A stretch of 64,000 nt of DNA from an uncultured cyanobacterium. Lineage in GTDB: Bacteria > Cyanobacteriota > Cyanobacteriia > PCC-6307 > Cyanobiaceae. Location: NCBI GenBank assembly GCA_963697335.1, contig CAVONQ010000002.1, forward strand, positions 128,001-192,000, read 5' to 3'. Below, piece after piece: positions 30,553-43,213 of this stretch (the stretch's first letter is position 1; the number at the start of each line of letters is the position of its first letter). The notes beneath the pieces were generated by a model. It saw only the letters and a list, made by a program, of their open reading frames with translations. It was not told the DNA's origin and did no database searches. The position numbers and the translations under genes are program-made.

Positions 30553-31434
30553 ATGGCCACCCGTCTCGATGGGCGTGAGCTCGCCGCCGTGATCGAAACG
30601 AGACTCGCCGCCACCATCGCCGCCCACCAGAGCCGCCTGGGGTGCCCCCCCGGCCTGGCGGTGCTCAGGGTGGGCGACGACCCCGCCAGCGGCGTCTACG
30701 TGGCCAACAAGGAGAAGGCCTGCGGCCGGGTGGGGATCCGCAGCCTCGGGGCGCACCTGCCGGCCGCCACCAGCCTTGAGCAGATCCGGGCCACCATCGA
30801 GGGCCTCAACGGCGATCCGGCCGTCGACGGCATCCTGGTGCAGCTGCCCCTGCCCGGCGGCCTGGACGCGGCGCCCCTGCTGATGGCCCTCGACCCCGCC
30901 AAGGATGCCGATGGCCTGCACACCCTCAACCTCGGCCGCCTGCTCAAGGGGGAACCCGGACCGCGCAGCTGCACCCCGGCCGGGGTGATGGCCCTGCTGG
31001 CCCGGGCCGGGGTGGACCTGGCCGGGCGGCGGGCGGTGGTGGTGGGGCGCAGCATCCTGGTGGGCCAGCCCATGGCCCTGATGCTGCAGGCCGCCGATGC
31101 CACGGTCACCGTGGCCCACTCCCGCAGCCGCGACCTGCCGAGCCTCACCCGGCAGGCCGAGGTGCTGGTGGTGGCGGCGGGTCGCCCCCGCATGGTGGGG
31201 GCCGAGCACGTGCGGCCCGGCGCGGTGGTGGTGGATGTGGGCATCCACCGACGGCCCGAGGGCGGCCTCTGCGGCGACGTGATCTTTGAGGAGGTGGAGC
31301 CCCTGGCCGCCGCGATCACGCCGGTGCCGGGGGGGGTGGGCCCGATGACGGTGGCCATGCTGCTGGTGAATACCGTGGTGGCCTGGTGTCGCCGCCATGG
31401 GCTTGAGCACGGGCTGGATGATCTCGTCCCTTGA
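30553..31434 (+). CDS. folD: Methylenetetrahydrofolate dehydrogenase/cyclohydrolase
   Basis: [48 protein letters not shown]. Confidence 0.97.
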   Translation: MATRLDGRELAAVIETRLAATIAAHQSRLGCPPGLAVLRVGDDPASGVYVANKEKACGRVGIRSLGAHLPAATSLEQIRATIEGLNGDPAVDGILVQLPLPGGLDAAPLLMALDPAKDADGLHTLNLGRLLKGEPGPRSCTPAGVMALLARAGVDLAGRRAVVVGRSILVGQPMALMLQAADATVTVAHSRSRDLPSLTRQAEVLVVAAGRPRMVGAEHVRPGAVVVDVGIHRRPEGGLCGDVIFEEVEPLAAAITPVPGGVGPMTVAMLLVNTVVAWCRRHGLEHGLDDLVP

Positions 31435-31458
31435 GATCCCCGTGAGCCCAGCAGCCGA

Positions 31459-32790
31459 TCAGCGCCTGCCGCCTCGCAGCCGCCCCAGCAGGCGCTTCAA
31501 CAGGGACGGTTTGCGCTTGGCGCCCAGCAGCTGGGCGCCCTGGGCGGCGATGGCCGCCAGCTCCCCCTGCAGCCGGCTGCGTTCTTCGGCGCTGAGCTGA
31601 TCGGCGCTCACCCGGGCCAGCAGCTTGCGGCTCTGGCGCAGGTTCACCAACAGCCGCTGGGGGGGGTGTCCCTGCCGGCACTGCACCCGCAGGGTGTCGA
31701 GCACGTCCTGCAGCTGCTTGGCCCTGGTGCTGCGGCCCCTGCTCTGCGCGGCCGCCGCGGCCAGCGCCCGCAGCTGGGGCCTTGGCGGTGCCACGGCCAG
31801 CAGGGGACTGCCCTCCTCCTCGCTCCCTGCCGATTCCCGCTCCAACCCCCACTCCTGCGCCAGGCGGGCCAGGGCTTCGGCGGCGAACAGCGGCAGCGGC
31901 GGAGCCGTGAACGGAAAGTGCTTGGCCAGGCCCCCGTCGAGCTCGGCGCGGCGATCGATCAGCAGAAACCCCAGCGCCTGCCAGCAGGGGCGCAGCCGCT
32001 TCGGCAGCAGGGGCAGCTGGGCGCTCAGCCCCACGATCAGCGGCTCCGCATCCGCCAGGCTGGAATAGCGGCGCGGCTGCCGCTGGAACTGCTCCAGAAA
32101 GGTCTCGGCGAGGGCCAGTTCGGCCAGCTCCTGCTCCAGCTGGGCGGGATCGGCCAGCCGGTAGGCCTCCTGGATCCAGGCGTCGGCGAGGCCGAGCCGA
32201 CCGTGCTGCTCCCGCAGCTTGAGGCGCCGCTCCAGCCAGCCGTAGGCCAGCTTGGTGTCGGGCGCCATCTGCAGGCTCGCCTCCAGAAACTCCAGGTCGG
32301 CCCGGCTGACGCCCGGGGGCAGGATCGCCACCAAGGGCGTCTGGAAGCGCCCGTAGCGCTGGGGATCCTGGGCCAGCAGGCAGCGCATCGCCGCCAGCCG
32401 CCGGTTGCCATTGATCACCACCCCATCGGTGTCCACCAGCAGCGGCTCGGTCTGCACGGCGAGCCGTTGCAGCTCCTGCAGGATCGGCCCGCGCGGGTCG
32501 CCGGCCTTGGTCACCAGCAGCCCGTGCAGCAGGGCCTGGGTCTCCATGCTGTCCTCGGCGGCGTGCAGCCGCGCCAGGGCCGCCGGCTCACCGCCCAGCT
32601 GCTCCTCCAGATCGGCCAGCAACCGGCCGTTGTCCACCCGGTACACCAGCAGCTCCTGCTCCAACGGAGCCGCCGGGACCGTCACGGCCCCGTCATGCAG
32701 GGTCACCCAGTGGTCGCGCACGGCCTGGGCGGCGGCGCTGGCGATCCGTTGCCGGCGGGCGCTGACTTCGAGGAGGCGGGGCAGATCCAT
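31459..32790 (-). CDS. Uncharacterised ParB/Srx-like N-terminal domain protein
   Basis: [31 protein letters not shown] (ParB G-x-RR-like motif); C-terminal [15 protein letters not shown]. Confidence 0.7.
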   Translation of the reverse strand: MDLPRLLEVSARRQRIASAAAQAVRDHWVTLHDGAVTVPAAPLEQELLVYRVDNGRLLADLEEQLGGEPAALARLHAAEDSMETQALLHGLLVTKAGDPRGPILQELQRLAVQTEPLLVDTDGVVINGNRRLAAMRCLLAQDPQRYGRFQTPLVAILPPGVSRADLEFLEASLQMAPDTKLAYGWLERRLKLREQHGRLGLADAWIQEAYRLADPAQLEQELAELALAETFLEQFQRQPRRYSSLADAEPLIVGLSAQLPLLPKRLRPCWQALGFLLIDRRAELDGGLAKHFPFTAPPLPLFAAEALARLAQEWGLERESAGSEEEGSPLLAVAPPRPQLRALAAAAAQSRGRSTRAKQLQDVLDTLRVQCRQGHPPQRLLVNLRQSRKLLARVSADQLSAEERSRLQGELAAIAAQGAQLLGAKRKPSLLKRLLGRLRGGRR

Positions 32791-32929
32791 GCAGGGGGAG
32801 CCAGCGGGATCCAGTGTCCCGCAGAGGGGCGAAAAGCCCCGCCGGTCTTGCCGTGTGTGTGGCCTCGGCCCGCCAGGCCTGAGGAATGGGGCTTCACCTG
32901 AGAGAATCGCGCCCAGTCCCCATCTCCCC

Positions 32930-33886
32930 ATGACCGCGGCGGTGAGCACGACCCCTGGCAGCCCCGCCGACGGCACCGGTGCAGGCCACGAGGGGGCCGG
33001 CTTTGATTTCCCTGCCTATCTGGAGGCGACGCGCCTGCGGGTGGAGACCGCCCTGGAGGCCTCCCTGGGGCCGGAGCGGCCCGAGTCGCTGCGGGAGGCA
33101 ATGCGTTATTCGCTGCTGGCCGGCGGCAAGCGGCTGCGGCCGATCCTCTGCCTGGCGGCCTGTGAGCTGGCCGGTGGCGACAGCGCCCTGGCCATGCCCA
33201 CGGCTCTGGCCCTGGAGATGATCCACACCATGTCGCTGATCCATGACGATCTGCCCGCCATGGACGACGACGACCTGCGCCGAGGCCGACCCACCAACCA
33301 CAAGGTGTATGGCGAGGCCAAGGCGATCCTGGCCGGTGACGCCCTGCTCACCAGGGCCTTCGAGATGGTGGCGTTGCGCAGCCCCCAGGTGCCGGCCGAG
33401 CATCTGCTGCGCGTGGTCGGCGAGTTGAGCCTGGCCTCCGGAGCCCCGGGTCTGGTGGGGGGGCAGGTGGTGGATCTGGAGTGTGAGGGCAAGGACGTGG
33501 ACCTCGACACCCTGGAGTACATCCACCTCCACAAGACCGGCGCCCTGCTGCGGGCCTGCGTGATCAGCGGCGCCCTGATCGCCGGCGCCCCGGAGGCCCT
33601 GCTCACGGCCCTGCGCACCTACGCGCGGGGCATCGGCCTCGCCTTCCAGATCATCGACGACATCCTGGATGTCACCGCCAGCAGCGAAGTGCTTGGCAAG
33701 ACCGCCGGCAAGGATCTCGCCGCCGACAAGACCACCTATCCCAAGCTGCTGGGGCTGGAGGAGTCGCGCCTGCGGGCGGAAGCCCTGGTGACTGGCGCCA
33801 AGGCCGCCCTGGAGCCCTTCGCCGCCGCAGGCCAGGCCGCCCCCCTGCTCGCCCTCGCCGACTACATCACCAGCCGCGACCGATGA
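32930..33886 (+). CDS. crtE: Geranylgeranyl diphosphate synthase
   Basis: [40 protein letters not shown]. Confidence 0.96.
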   Translation: MTAAVSTTPGSPADGTGAGHEGAGFDFPAYLEATRLRVETALEASLGPERPESLREAMRYSLLAGGKRLRPILCLAACELAGGDSALAMPTALALEMIHTMSLIHDDLPAMDDDDLRRGRPTNHKVYGEAKAILAGDALLTRAFEMVALRSPQVPAEHLLRVVGELSLASGAPGLVGGQVVDLECEGKDVDLDTLEYIHLHKTGALLRACVISGALIAGAPEALLTALRTYARGIGLAFQIIDDILDVTASSEVLGKTAGKDLAADKTTYPKLLGLEESRLRAEALVTGAKAALEPFAAAGQAAPLLALADYITSRDR

Positions 33887-34425
33887 CCGTGATGCCTGTG
33901 GCGGCCATCCATGACGCCCAGCCCCTGGCGGCCCTGCTCAGCAACAACGCCCTCTGGTGGGGTCTGGCCGCCTGCGGCCTGGCCCAGGCGTCCAAGCTGC
34001 TGATCGAGCTGGTGCTGCACCGGCGCTGGCGGCCGGCCGTGCTGTTCGAAACGGGCGGCATGCCCTCCAGCCATTCCGCCCTGCTCACGGGCACCACGGC
34101 GGCGCTGGGCTGGCAGCAGGGCTTCGCAGATCCGCTGTTTGCCCTGGCGGCCACCCTCTGTTTCGTGGTGCTCTACGACGCCTCCGGGGTGCGGCGGGCC
34201 GCCGGGCTCACCGCCGAGCGGGTGAACCAGCTGCCCGACGCGCTCTGGCCCGGGGAGCCCGGCGCCCCCGAGGCCAGACCCCTCAAGGAAAATCTCGGCC
34301 ACACCCGCCTGGAGGTGCTGGTGGGCAGCCTGCTGGGCCCGGCGATCGCCCTGCCCGGGCTGGTGCTGCTGGGCTCTCCCCTGGAGCTGGCCCACGCCTG
34401 GGGTGTGTGGCTTGGGCTCGGTTGA
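33883..34425 (+). CDS. Divergent PAP2 family (DUF212) protein
   Basis: [25 protein letters not shown]. Confidence 0.9.
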   Translation: MTVMPVAAIHDAQPLAALLSNNALWWGLAACGLAQASKLLIELVLHRRWRPAVLFETGGMPSSHSALLTGTTAALGWQQGFADPLFALAATLCFVVLYDASGVRRAAGLTAERVNQLPDALWPGEPGAPEARPLKENLGHTRLEVLVGSLLGPAIALPGLVLLGSPLELAHAWGVWLGLG

Positions 34426-35903
34426 GCCAGCCTCCCGCCCCGGCTGAGCCGCCGGTCCCTGGCACCGTGTTCACAGCGGGGCAACGGGCGGCCTGCACGG
34501 GCTTCGCCGCCTGGCTGGCCGAGCCGGCGGAGGGCCGGCCGTTCGTGCTCAGCGGCTACGCCGGCACCGGCAAGACCTTCCTCTCGATGGCATTCCTGCA
34601 GCTGGTGGAGGCCCAGCAGCTCTGCTGGACCGTGGTGGCCCCCACCCACAAGGCGGTGGGCGTGCTGCGCCACCACCTCGGCCGGGCCGCCCTCCAGCCC
34701 ACCTGGTACCCCTCCACCATCCACCGCCTGCTGCGGCTGCGTCTGAAGCGGCAAGGTGATCGGGAGCGCTGTGAGGAAACGGAGCAGACCGCCGCGGCCC
34801 TGGAGCACCTGGGCCTGGTGCTGGTGGATGAGGCCTCGATGGTGGACAGCACCCTGCTGGAGATCAGCCTGCGCTGCGCCCATCCCTTCGGCACCCGCCT
34901 GGTGTTCGTGGGTGATCCGGCCCAGCTGCCGCCGGTGGGGGAGCCCTGCAGCCCCGTGTTCAGCCTGGGGCGGGCCGCTGCGGCGGAGCTCACCGAGGTG
35001 GTGCGCCATCAGGGCCCGGTGCTGCAGCTGGCCCAGGGCATCCGGGAGGAGCGGCTGCCCGCGCGCCAGCCCCCCGCCCTGCCGCCCGTGCGCACGGAGC
35101 TGGGGGAGGTGGCGCTGCTGCCCCGCCCGCAGTGGCTGGAGGCCGCCCAGGACGCCCTGCGCCGCAGCGCCGCCACCGACAACCCCGATCTGGCCCGCAT
35201 CCTCTGTTACACGAACCGCTCCCTGGAACAGCTGGTGCCGATCGCCCGCCGCGCCCTGCATGGCGCCATGGCCGACCAGCTGCCGGTGCTGCCCGGCGAG
35301 GTGCTGATCACCCGCAGCGCCGTGATGGCGCCGGCCTGCCGCGAGGGCGATGAGGCCGCCGAGGAGCCCGACATGGTGCTCGGCTCCAACCGGGAGCTGC
35401 TGGTGCGCGACGTGACGCCGGAGCGCTGTGATCTGGGTGAGTTCGGCCTCAGCTCGGCCGATCTGGGCGGGGGCCTGGCGGTGCCCGTGGTGGACACCCT
35501 GATGGCGGCGGTGGACAGCGGCGACAGCCAGTTCAACCTGCGCCTGCTTCCTCCCCTCGGCACGGCCGGGCGCGCCGCCATCGAGCAGGTGCTGGCCACG
35601 TTGCGACAGCAGGCCCGCAGCGCCGACAAGCAGGCGGGCCGCGCCCTCTGGCGGCGCTTCTTTCTGCTGCGGGATGCCTTCGCGGCGCTCGGACCCGCCG
35701 CCGTGCTCACCGTGCACCGCAGCCAGGGCAGCACCTTCGCCGAGGTGTTCGTGGATGGCGATGTGTTCTGGTCGCGCGATCCGCTGCTGCGGCGCCAGCT
35801 GCTCTACGTGGCGGTGAGCCGGGCCAGCCAGCGGGTCGCCCTGGTGGCGGGTGCGGGAGGGAGCGGCGACGCCCAGCTCTGGCAGCAGTGGCTCTCCAGC
35901 TGA
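34422..35903 (+). CDS. RecD/Dda-like SF1 DNA helicase
   Basis: GYAGTGKT, APTHKA, TIHRLL, VDEASM, GDPAQLPPV, TVHRSQGS, YVAVSRA; start uncertain (TTG 34422). Confidence 0.9.
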   Translation: MSQPPAPAEPPVPGTVFTAGQRAACTGFAAWLAEPAEGRPFVLSGYAGTGKTFLSMAFLQLVEAQQLCWTVVAPTHKAVGVLRHHLGRAALQPTWYPSTIHRLLRLRLKRQGDRERCEETEQTAAALEHLGLVLVDEASMVDSTLLEISLRCAHPFGTRLVFVGDPAQLPPVGEPCSPVFSLGRAAAAELTEVVRHQGPVLQLAQGIREERLPARQPPALPPVRTELGEVALLPRPQWLEAAQDALRRSAATDNPDLARILCYTNRSLEQLVPIARRALHGAMADQLPVLPGEVLITRSAVMAPACREGDEAAEEPDMVLGSNRELLVRDVTPERCDLGEFGLSSADLGGGLAVPVVDTLMAAVDSGDSQFNLRLLPPLGTAGRAAIEQVLATLRQQARSADKQAGRALWRRFFLLRDAFAALGPAAVLTVHRSQGSTFAEVFVDGDVFWSRDPLLRRQLLYVAVSRASQRVALVAGAGGSGDAQLWQQWLSS

Positions 35904-35936
35904 GCTGCAGCAGCGGGGTTCCACTGAAGGTGGTGG

Positions 35937-36611
35937 CTAGAGGCTGAGCTGCAGCCCCTCGATCCCCTGCCAGCCGAGATAGACCGCCAGGCCCAGGCTC
36001 ACCAGCCCCACCAGAGCATCGCCCCGGGCCAGCAGCCAGGCCTTGCCGCCCCGCAGCAGCGGCAGCACCCGCTCGCTGCCCAGCAGCAGCAGGGCCAGCA
36101 GCGGCAGCAGCAGCAGCAGCGTGCTGGTGAGGCTGAACAACAGGGTGCCCAGCACCTCCTGGCCCGGCGCCAGGCCGGCCTCCAGCAGGCTGCCGGCGGT
36201 CTTGGCGAACAGGAACAGATCGTCCGGGCTGATGATCTGCAGCCCCATGCTCAGGGCCAGCAGCAGCGGCAGGGGCAGGGCGCAGAAGCGCTCCAGCTTG
36301 TCGGCCCAGGCAGGCGGAGCATTCGCTTCGCCGCGGTTGAGCAGCTCCTTCAGGCCCAGGGCCAGCAGGGCCCCGGCGGCCAGCAGGTCGAGGCCGGTGC
36401 GGTGGGCCGTGCCCTTCTCCATGCTGAGCAGCAGCCCATGGCCCACCGTGAGCAGGGCCGCCACCACCACGGCGCTGGTGGCCCACCAGGCCAGCACGAA
36501 GCCCACGCCCCGCAGGCGGGGGCGTTCGCCGAGCAGCAACAGCAGCAGCAAGCCGATGTGCAGGGGTGAGATGGCCAGGGCCAGCCCGAAGGCCGAGAGT
36601 TCCCCCAGCAA
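35937..36611 (-). CDS. GAP/Sap-family (LysE-like) membrane protein
   Basis: ALAISPLHIG N-terminal motif, multiple TM helices. Confidence 0.7.
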   Translation of the reverse strand: MLGELSAFGLALAISPLHIGLLLLLLLGERPRLRGVGFVLAWWATSAVVVAALLTVGHGLLLSMEKGTAHRTGLDLLAAGALLALGLKELLNRGEANAPPAWADKLERFCALPLPLLLALSMGLQIISPDDLFLFAKTAGSLLEAGLAPGQEVLGTLLFSLTSTLLLLLPLLALLLLGSERVLPLLRGGKAWLLARGDALVGLVSLGLAVYLGWQGIEGLQLSL

Positions 36612-36631
36612 GTGGCCCGTGGTGAGGTGTG

Positions 36632-37057
36632 TCAGGACCGCACCTCAAACCAGTCGGCGCCGGTGAGGCCGATCGGCTGGGTCGTCACCCGCCGCACCCG
36701 CGCCAGGGACGGGCCCCGTTCACACCAGAGCCTCAGGGCCTGGAGCTGCCCGGCGCTTCCCTCGGCCTCCAGCTCCACCAGGCCGTCGGAGCGGTTGCGC
36801 ACCCAGCCCCCCAGGCCGAGGCTGCGGGCCTCGCGGCAGCAGGCAGCCCGGTAGCCCACCCCCTGCACCTGGCCCTCCACGGTCAGCCGCCAGCGCTCAA
36901 GGGGGATTCCCTGGGGCGGTTCGCCAGGGTGAATGAAGCGGCGCTCGTCGGCACCGGCACGGCGTTCGAGGCTGCGGCGGCGATCCGGCCGGGAATCGCC
37001 GGGCAGCCAGCCCAGTGCAGGTGCAGCCAGCTGGCGTGCAGCGTTGCTGTTGACCAT
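36632..37057 (-). CDS. acyP: Acylphosphatase (start uncertain, overlaps the cobB 3' end)
   Basis: GQVQGVGYR, GWVRNRSDGLVE, GPSLARV. Confidence 0.88.
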   Translation of the reverse strand: MVNSNAARQLAAPALGWLPGDSRPDRRRSLERRAGADERRFIHPGEPPQGIPLERWRLTVEGQVQGVGYRAACCREARSLGLGGWVRNRSDGLVELEAEGSAGQLQALRLWCERGPSLARVRRVTTQPIGLTGADWFEVRS

Positions 37058-38319
37058 CCTTCGCTCCGGCTCGGACAACCCCAGCCTTCAAGCTGCCATA
37101 AAGCGCCGGCGCCGGCCACATCCTGGAGCTGCCAGCGATGGAACTCATGGCCGCGCAGCCGCTCGCCGCGCCGCACCAGCAGGCCATCACTGAGGACCGT
37201 GGCCTCGCGGTAGCCCAGGCTGAGGCTGCCGCGGGCGGCGGTGAAGGGCAGCACTCCCGCCATGGCATGGGAGCGCCCCTGGGGATCCAGCAGGCTCTGG
37301 CCCAGCAGCATGAGCCCACCGCATTCGGCGGCGATCGGGATCCCGGCCGCGGCGGCCTGGCGCAGCGAGGTGAGGCTGCGCCGGCTGGCCGCCAGCGTCC
37401 CGGCGTGCAGTTCCGGGTAGCCCCCCGGCAGCAGCACCGCCCGGCAGCCCGGCGGCAGGGGCTGATCGGCCAGGGGACTCCAGGGCAGGGGCTCCAGGCC
37501 CCAGGCCCGCAGCAGCTCATCGGCCTCGGGATAGCCGAAGTGGAAGGCGGCATCGCTGGCCACGGCGATCGGCAGCGGCCGGGGGGCCGGCTCGGCCCCA
37601 TGCAGCGCGGCGATCGGGTCCCCCCTGCCGGCCCCGGACGGCACCGGTGCCAGCAGGGGCCAGAGCCGTTCGAGATCGAGGTGGCGCTCCGCCAGGGCGG
37701 CCCAGGCCTGCTGGCGCTCAGGCAGATCGGGGATTTCATCGGGCGTCAGCAGGCCCAGGTGGCGCGAGGGCCACACCAGGGCCTCCTCGCTGGGCAGCAC
37801 CCCCAGCAGCGGCACCTCGATCGCCTGCAGGGCCTCGGCCAGCAGCTGGTGGTGGCGCGGACTGCCCACCCGGTTGAGCACCACGCCGGCGAGCTGCACC
37901 CGGGGCGGGCCGTGGTCGCGGAAGCCCCGCACCAGGGCCGCCAGGGAGCCGGCCTGGCGGGAGGCCTCCACCACCAGCACCACGGGCAGATCCAGCAGGG
38001 CCGCCACCGCTGCGGAGCTGCCCTCGCTGCTCGACCCGCGGCCATCGAACAGGCCCATCACCCCCTCCACCAGGGCCAGGTCGGCGCGGCTGCCATGCCA
38101 CTGGAAGCAGTCCTGCACCCAGCTCTCACCGCAGAGCAGGGGGTCGAGGTTGCGGCAAGGCAGGCCGCTCACCCGGCTGAGCAGCTGGGGATCGAGATAG
38201 TCGGGCCCCACCTTGAAGGGTTGCAGCCGCAGGCCCCGGCTGCGGGCCAGGGCGGCCAGGCTCACGCTCAGCAGGGTCTTGCCGCTGCCGCTGCTGGGCG
38301 CTGCGATCAGGCAGGGCAC
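36883..38319 (-). CDS. cobB: Cobyrinate a,c-diamide synthase
   Basis: APSSGSGKT, FKVGPDYLDP, VEGVMGLFDG, SRHLGL, AECGGLM, GHEFH. Confidence 0.95.
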   Translation of the reverse strand: MPCLIAAPSSGSGKTLLSVSLAALARSRGLRLQPFKVGPDYLDPQLLSRVSGLPCRNLDPLLCGESWVQDCFQWHGSRADLALVEGVMGLFDGRGSSSEGSSAAVAALLDLPVVLVVEASRQAGSLAALVRGFRDHGPPRVQLAGVVLNRVGSPRHHQLLAEALQAIEVPLLGVLPSEEALVWPSRHLGLLTPDEIPDLPERQQAWAALAERHLDLERLWPLLAPVPSGAGRGDPIAALHGAEPAPRPLPIAVASDAAFHFGYPEADELLRAWGLEPLPWSPLADQPLPPGCRAVLLPGGYPELHAGTLAASRRSLTSLRQAAAAGIPIAAECGGLMLLGQSLLDPQGRSHAMAGVLPFTAARGSLSLGYREATVLSDGLLVRRGERLRGHEFHRWQLQDVAGAGALWQLEGWGCPSRSEGWSTATLHASWLHLHWAGCPAIPGRIAAAASNAVPVPTSAASFTLANRPRESPLSAGG

Positions 38320-38320
38320 C

Positions 38321-39634
38321 TCAGGCGGGCAGCAGCCGGGCGGCGATCGGCGCCGCTGCCGCCAGCAGCGGGTTGGTGGTGTCGTGGCCGCCGGAGAGCA
38401 GCCGGGCCAGCTCTTCCTCCTCACTCTCATTGGGGAGCGGCACCACGTCTTCCTCGAGCTCCATCGAGGCCATGCCTCCGGCCTCCAGGCGCATGCAGCC
38501 CCCGGATTCGGAGCAGAGGATCACGCACAGGGGCGGCCGGCCCTCCGGAGCACAGATCAGGCGCAGGCCCACCAGGGCGCCGGGATGGATCTTGGGGCTG
38601 CCCACGGGCACGGGCATCAGCCGGAACTGCACCGGCGAGCCATCAGGGCGGCGGAACTCGGCGCCGATGCCCTCCTCATGGGCGCCGCTGCCGCAGCCAT
38701 CCACGGGCACGGCGTACGACTCCACCAGCTCCCAGCCGAGCCGGTCGGCCAGCCAGGCCGCCAGCAGCAGCCCCTTGAGCGGGTGGTCGCCCTCCACGTC
38801 GATGTCCAGCTGCACCACGTGCTCGAGGGCGTTGCGGCGCGGGGGCGGATCAAACACCATGGCCAGCGACTCCCGCCAGGTGCGCAGCCGCATCCAGTTG
38901 AGGTCGTTCACGGCCTGGCCGGCCGCGATCCGCTGCACCAGCAGGTCGATGCAGCGCCGGGGTCGGCCCAGGGAGCTGTCCACCACCAGGCGTCTGGAGG
39001 GCGGCGCCAGGGCCTCCAGCAGTTCGGGGGCCTCGTCGAGGCTGCTGTTCCACCACACCCAGCAGGGCAGGTCGTCGGCGATCAGGGGCAGCACCAGATC
39101 CAGCTGGCTCTTGAGCACCTCGCGGCCGCCGCGCAGCACCACCACGTCGCCGCAGGCGGGGCCGCGTCCACCCTCCTCGGGCAGGGGGCAGTAGGCGGCC
39201 ACAAGGGTTTCGAGCGGCCTGGACTCCTCCAGGGTGGGGGCCAGGGTGATCAGGCGGCGCGGCATGTGGGCACTGATCGCCCCGTCCACGAACTGACCGC
39301 GCTGGTCTTCGGCACTGGCGCTGCCCGCCTGCTGGCCCAGGCGCCAGGACAGGCGCTGGTCCATCACGGCGGTGCTGAACGGCAGGTCCAGATCCGGCAC
39401 GGCGGCCTTGGCCGCCTCGATCATGTCGGGGTCCAGCAGGCCCGTGAGCGGTCCGGGGGTGCGGCCGGTGCGGATCAGGTGCTGCTGCAGCCAGGAGGGT
39501 TCGTACACCACCAGGCTGAAGGTGGGTGCCCCGTTGGCATGCTGCAGCCCCTCCCCCCAGAGGTGCTCCAGGTAGGCAGCCACATCGGCGGGCGGCAGGG
39601 CGGTGGGGGCCTGGAGCGTGAGCTGGGGGGACAT
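38321..39634 (-). CDS. opcA: Glucose-6-phosphate dehydrogenase assembly protein OpcA
   Basis: MSPQLTLQAP, PRRLITL, WVWW, DLNWMRLRTWRE; directly downstream of zwf. Confidence 0.93.
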   Translation of the reverse strand: MSPQLTLQAPTALPPADVAAYLEHLWGEGLQHANGAPTFSLVVYEPSWLQQHLIRTGRTPGPLTGLLDPDMIEAAKAAVPDLDLPFSTAVMDQRLSWRLGQQAGSASAEDQRGQFVDGAISAHMPRRLITLAPTLEESRPLETLVAAYCPLPEEGGRGPACGDVVVLRGGREVLKSQLDLVLPLIADDLPCWVWWNSSLDEAPELLEALAPPSRRLVVDSSLGRPRRCIDLLVQRIAAGQAVNDLNWMRLRTWRESLAMVFDPPPRRNALEHVVQLDIDVEGDHPLKGLLLAAWLADRLGWELVESYAVPVDGCGSGAHEEGIGAEFRRPDGSPVQFRLMPVPVGSPKIHPGALVGLRLICAPEGRPPLCVILCSESGGCMRLEAGGMASMELEEDVVPLPNESEEEELARLLSGGHDTTNPLLAAAAPIAARLLPA

Positions 39635-39671
39635 CAGGGGGTGGCGATGGTGGCTGGAGCTGGAGAGGGGA

Positions 39672-41195
39672 TCAGGGGCGGCGCCACACCAGGTCGTCCT
39701 CGGCCAGCAGGTTGTCGGCGGCCGCCGGACCCCAGGTGCGGGCCTCGTAGGGGTGCACCGGCAGCTGCCAGGGCGAATCCTCAATCAATTTGATCAGCGG
39801 GGTGTAGAGCCTCCAGGCGGCTTCCACCTCGTCGCTGCGGGTGAACAGGGTGGGTTCCCCCAGCATGGCGTCGGCGAGCAGCCGCACGTAGCCCTCGTCA
39901 CTGGGTTCGCCGAAGGAGTCGTCGTAGCTGAAGGCCATGTCCACCGGGCGGCTGCGCATGCCCGAACCCGGCGACTTCACCTCGAACTTGATCTCGGCGC
40001 CCTCGTCGGGCTGGATCCTCAGGATCAGCTGGTTCGGGGTCGGGGCGCCGCCGGCGGCATCGAACAGGTGCACTGGAGCCTTGCGGAAGGTGAGCACCAC
40101 TTCGGAGAGCCGTTTGGGCAGGCGCTTGCCGGTGCGCAGATAGAAGGGCACCCCCTGCCAGCGCCAGTTGTTGATGAACAGCTTCATGGCCACGTAGGTC
40201 TCGGTGGTGCTGTTCGGATTCACCCCCTGCTCCTCCCGGTAGCCCTGAATCGGCGTGCTGCGGCTGCCACCGGCGCTGTACTGGCCCCGCACGCAGCACT
40301 TCCAGGGCTCATTCTCATGGGCCAGGTGGGCGGCTTGCAGCACCTTGGCCTTCTCGTTGCGGATCGCCTCGGCGTCGAAGCGGCCGGGGGGCTCCATGGT
40401 GGTGAGCGCCAGCATCTGGGTGAGGTGGTTCTGCACCATGTCCCGCAGGGCGCCTGAGGTCTCGTAGTAGCCGGCCCGCTCTTCCACCCCCACGGTTTCG
40501 GCGGCCGTGATCTGCACGTTGGCGATGTAGTTGCGGTTCCAGATCGGCTCGAAGATGGTGTTGGCGAAGCGCATCACCAGGATGTTCTGAACCGTCTCCT
40601 TGCCGAGGTAGTGGTCGATCCGGAAGATCTGTTTCTCCTTGGCGCAGCCCAGCACCACCCGGTTCAGCTCCTGGGCACTGGCGTAGTCGGTGCCGAAGGG
40701 CTTTTCGATCACCACCCGGCTGCGCTCGCTGTCGCTGAGCAGACCGGCGGCCGCCAGGGCGCGGGTGCCGCTGCCGTAGAAGGCGGGCGACACGGAGAGA
40801 TAGAAGGTGCGGTTGCCCCGGGTGGCCCGCATCCGGTCGATCGCTTCGAGCCGCTCCCCCATGGTCACGATCGTGGCCGGGTTGGAGAGGTCGGCCGACT
40901 CGTAGAAGAGGCCAGCGGCGAAGTTCTCCCAGGCGGCGGGGTCTTCGGCGATCACCTGGCTGAGGGAGCTGGCCATGCGCGAGCGGAACTCCTCGTCGCT
41001 CCAGGGGCGGCGGGCGCAGCCGAGCACCGCGAACTCACTGGGCAGACGCCGCTGGCGGTGCAGCTCGAACAGGGCCGGGATCAGCTTGCGGTGGGTGAGG
41101 TCACCGCTGGCCCCGAAGATCACGATGATCTGGGGAGCGATGACCCGCTCCTGGCGCAGGCCGACCCGTAGCGGATTGGTGAGAACGGCGGCCAT
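39672..41195 (-). CDS. zwf: Glucose-6-phosphate 1-dehydrogenase
   Basis: GASGDL, EKPFG, RIDHYLGKE, RDMVQNH, WQGVPFYLRTGK. Confidence 0.98.
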   Translation of the reverse strand: MAAVLTNPLRVGLRQERVIAPQIIVIFGASGDLTHRKLIPALFELHRQRRLPSEFAVLGCARRPWSDEEFRSRMASSLSQVIAEDPAAWENFAAGLFYESADLSNPATIVTMGERLEAIDRMRATRGNRTFYLSVSPAFYGSGTRALAAAGLLSDSERSRVVIEKPFGTDYASAQELNRVVLGCAKEKQIFRIDHYLGKETVQNILVMRFANTIFEPIWNRNYIANVQITAAETVGVEERAGYYETSGALRDMVQNHLTQMLALTTMEPPGRFDAEAIRNEKAKVLQAAHLAHENEPWKCCVRGQYSAGGSRSTPIQGYREEQGVNPNSTTETYVAMKLFINNWRWQGVPFYLRTGKRLPKRLSEVVLTFRKAPVHLFDAAGGAPTPNQLILRIQPDEGAEIKFEVKSPGSGMRSRPVDMAFSYDDSFGEPSDEGYVRLLADAMLGEPTLFTRSDEVEAAWRLYTPLIKLIEDSPWQLPVHPYEARTWGPAAADNLLAEDDLVWRRP

Positions 41196-41302
41196 GGAGC
41201 ACCCACTGATCTCTCTGGTTTAACGGCGCCAGGGCCAAAGCCCAGGCCAGCGGTGCCTTTGTGATCCGCTCTGTGAGCGAACTCGAAAAAAGCCCGCCTG
41301 GG

Positions 41303-43213
<1,911 letters not shown>

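Noticed and set aside
27661..31434. 1257-aa ORF ending in FolD
   Set aside because: The upstream part is antisense to the 7TM-HD gene; folD starts at ATG 30553
34422..35903. RecD-like helicase as an anti-phage system
   Set aside because: Translationally coupled to the crtE-PAP2 housekeeping run with no nuclease or effector partner
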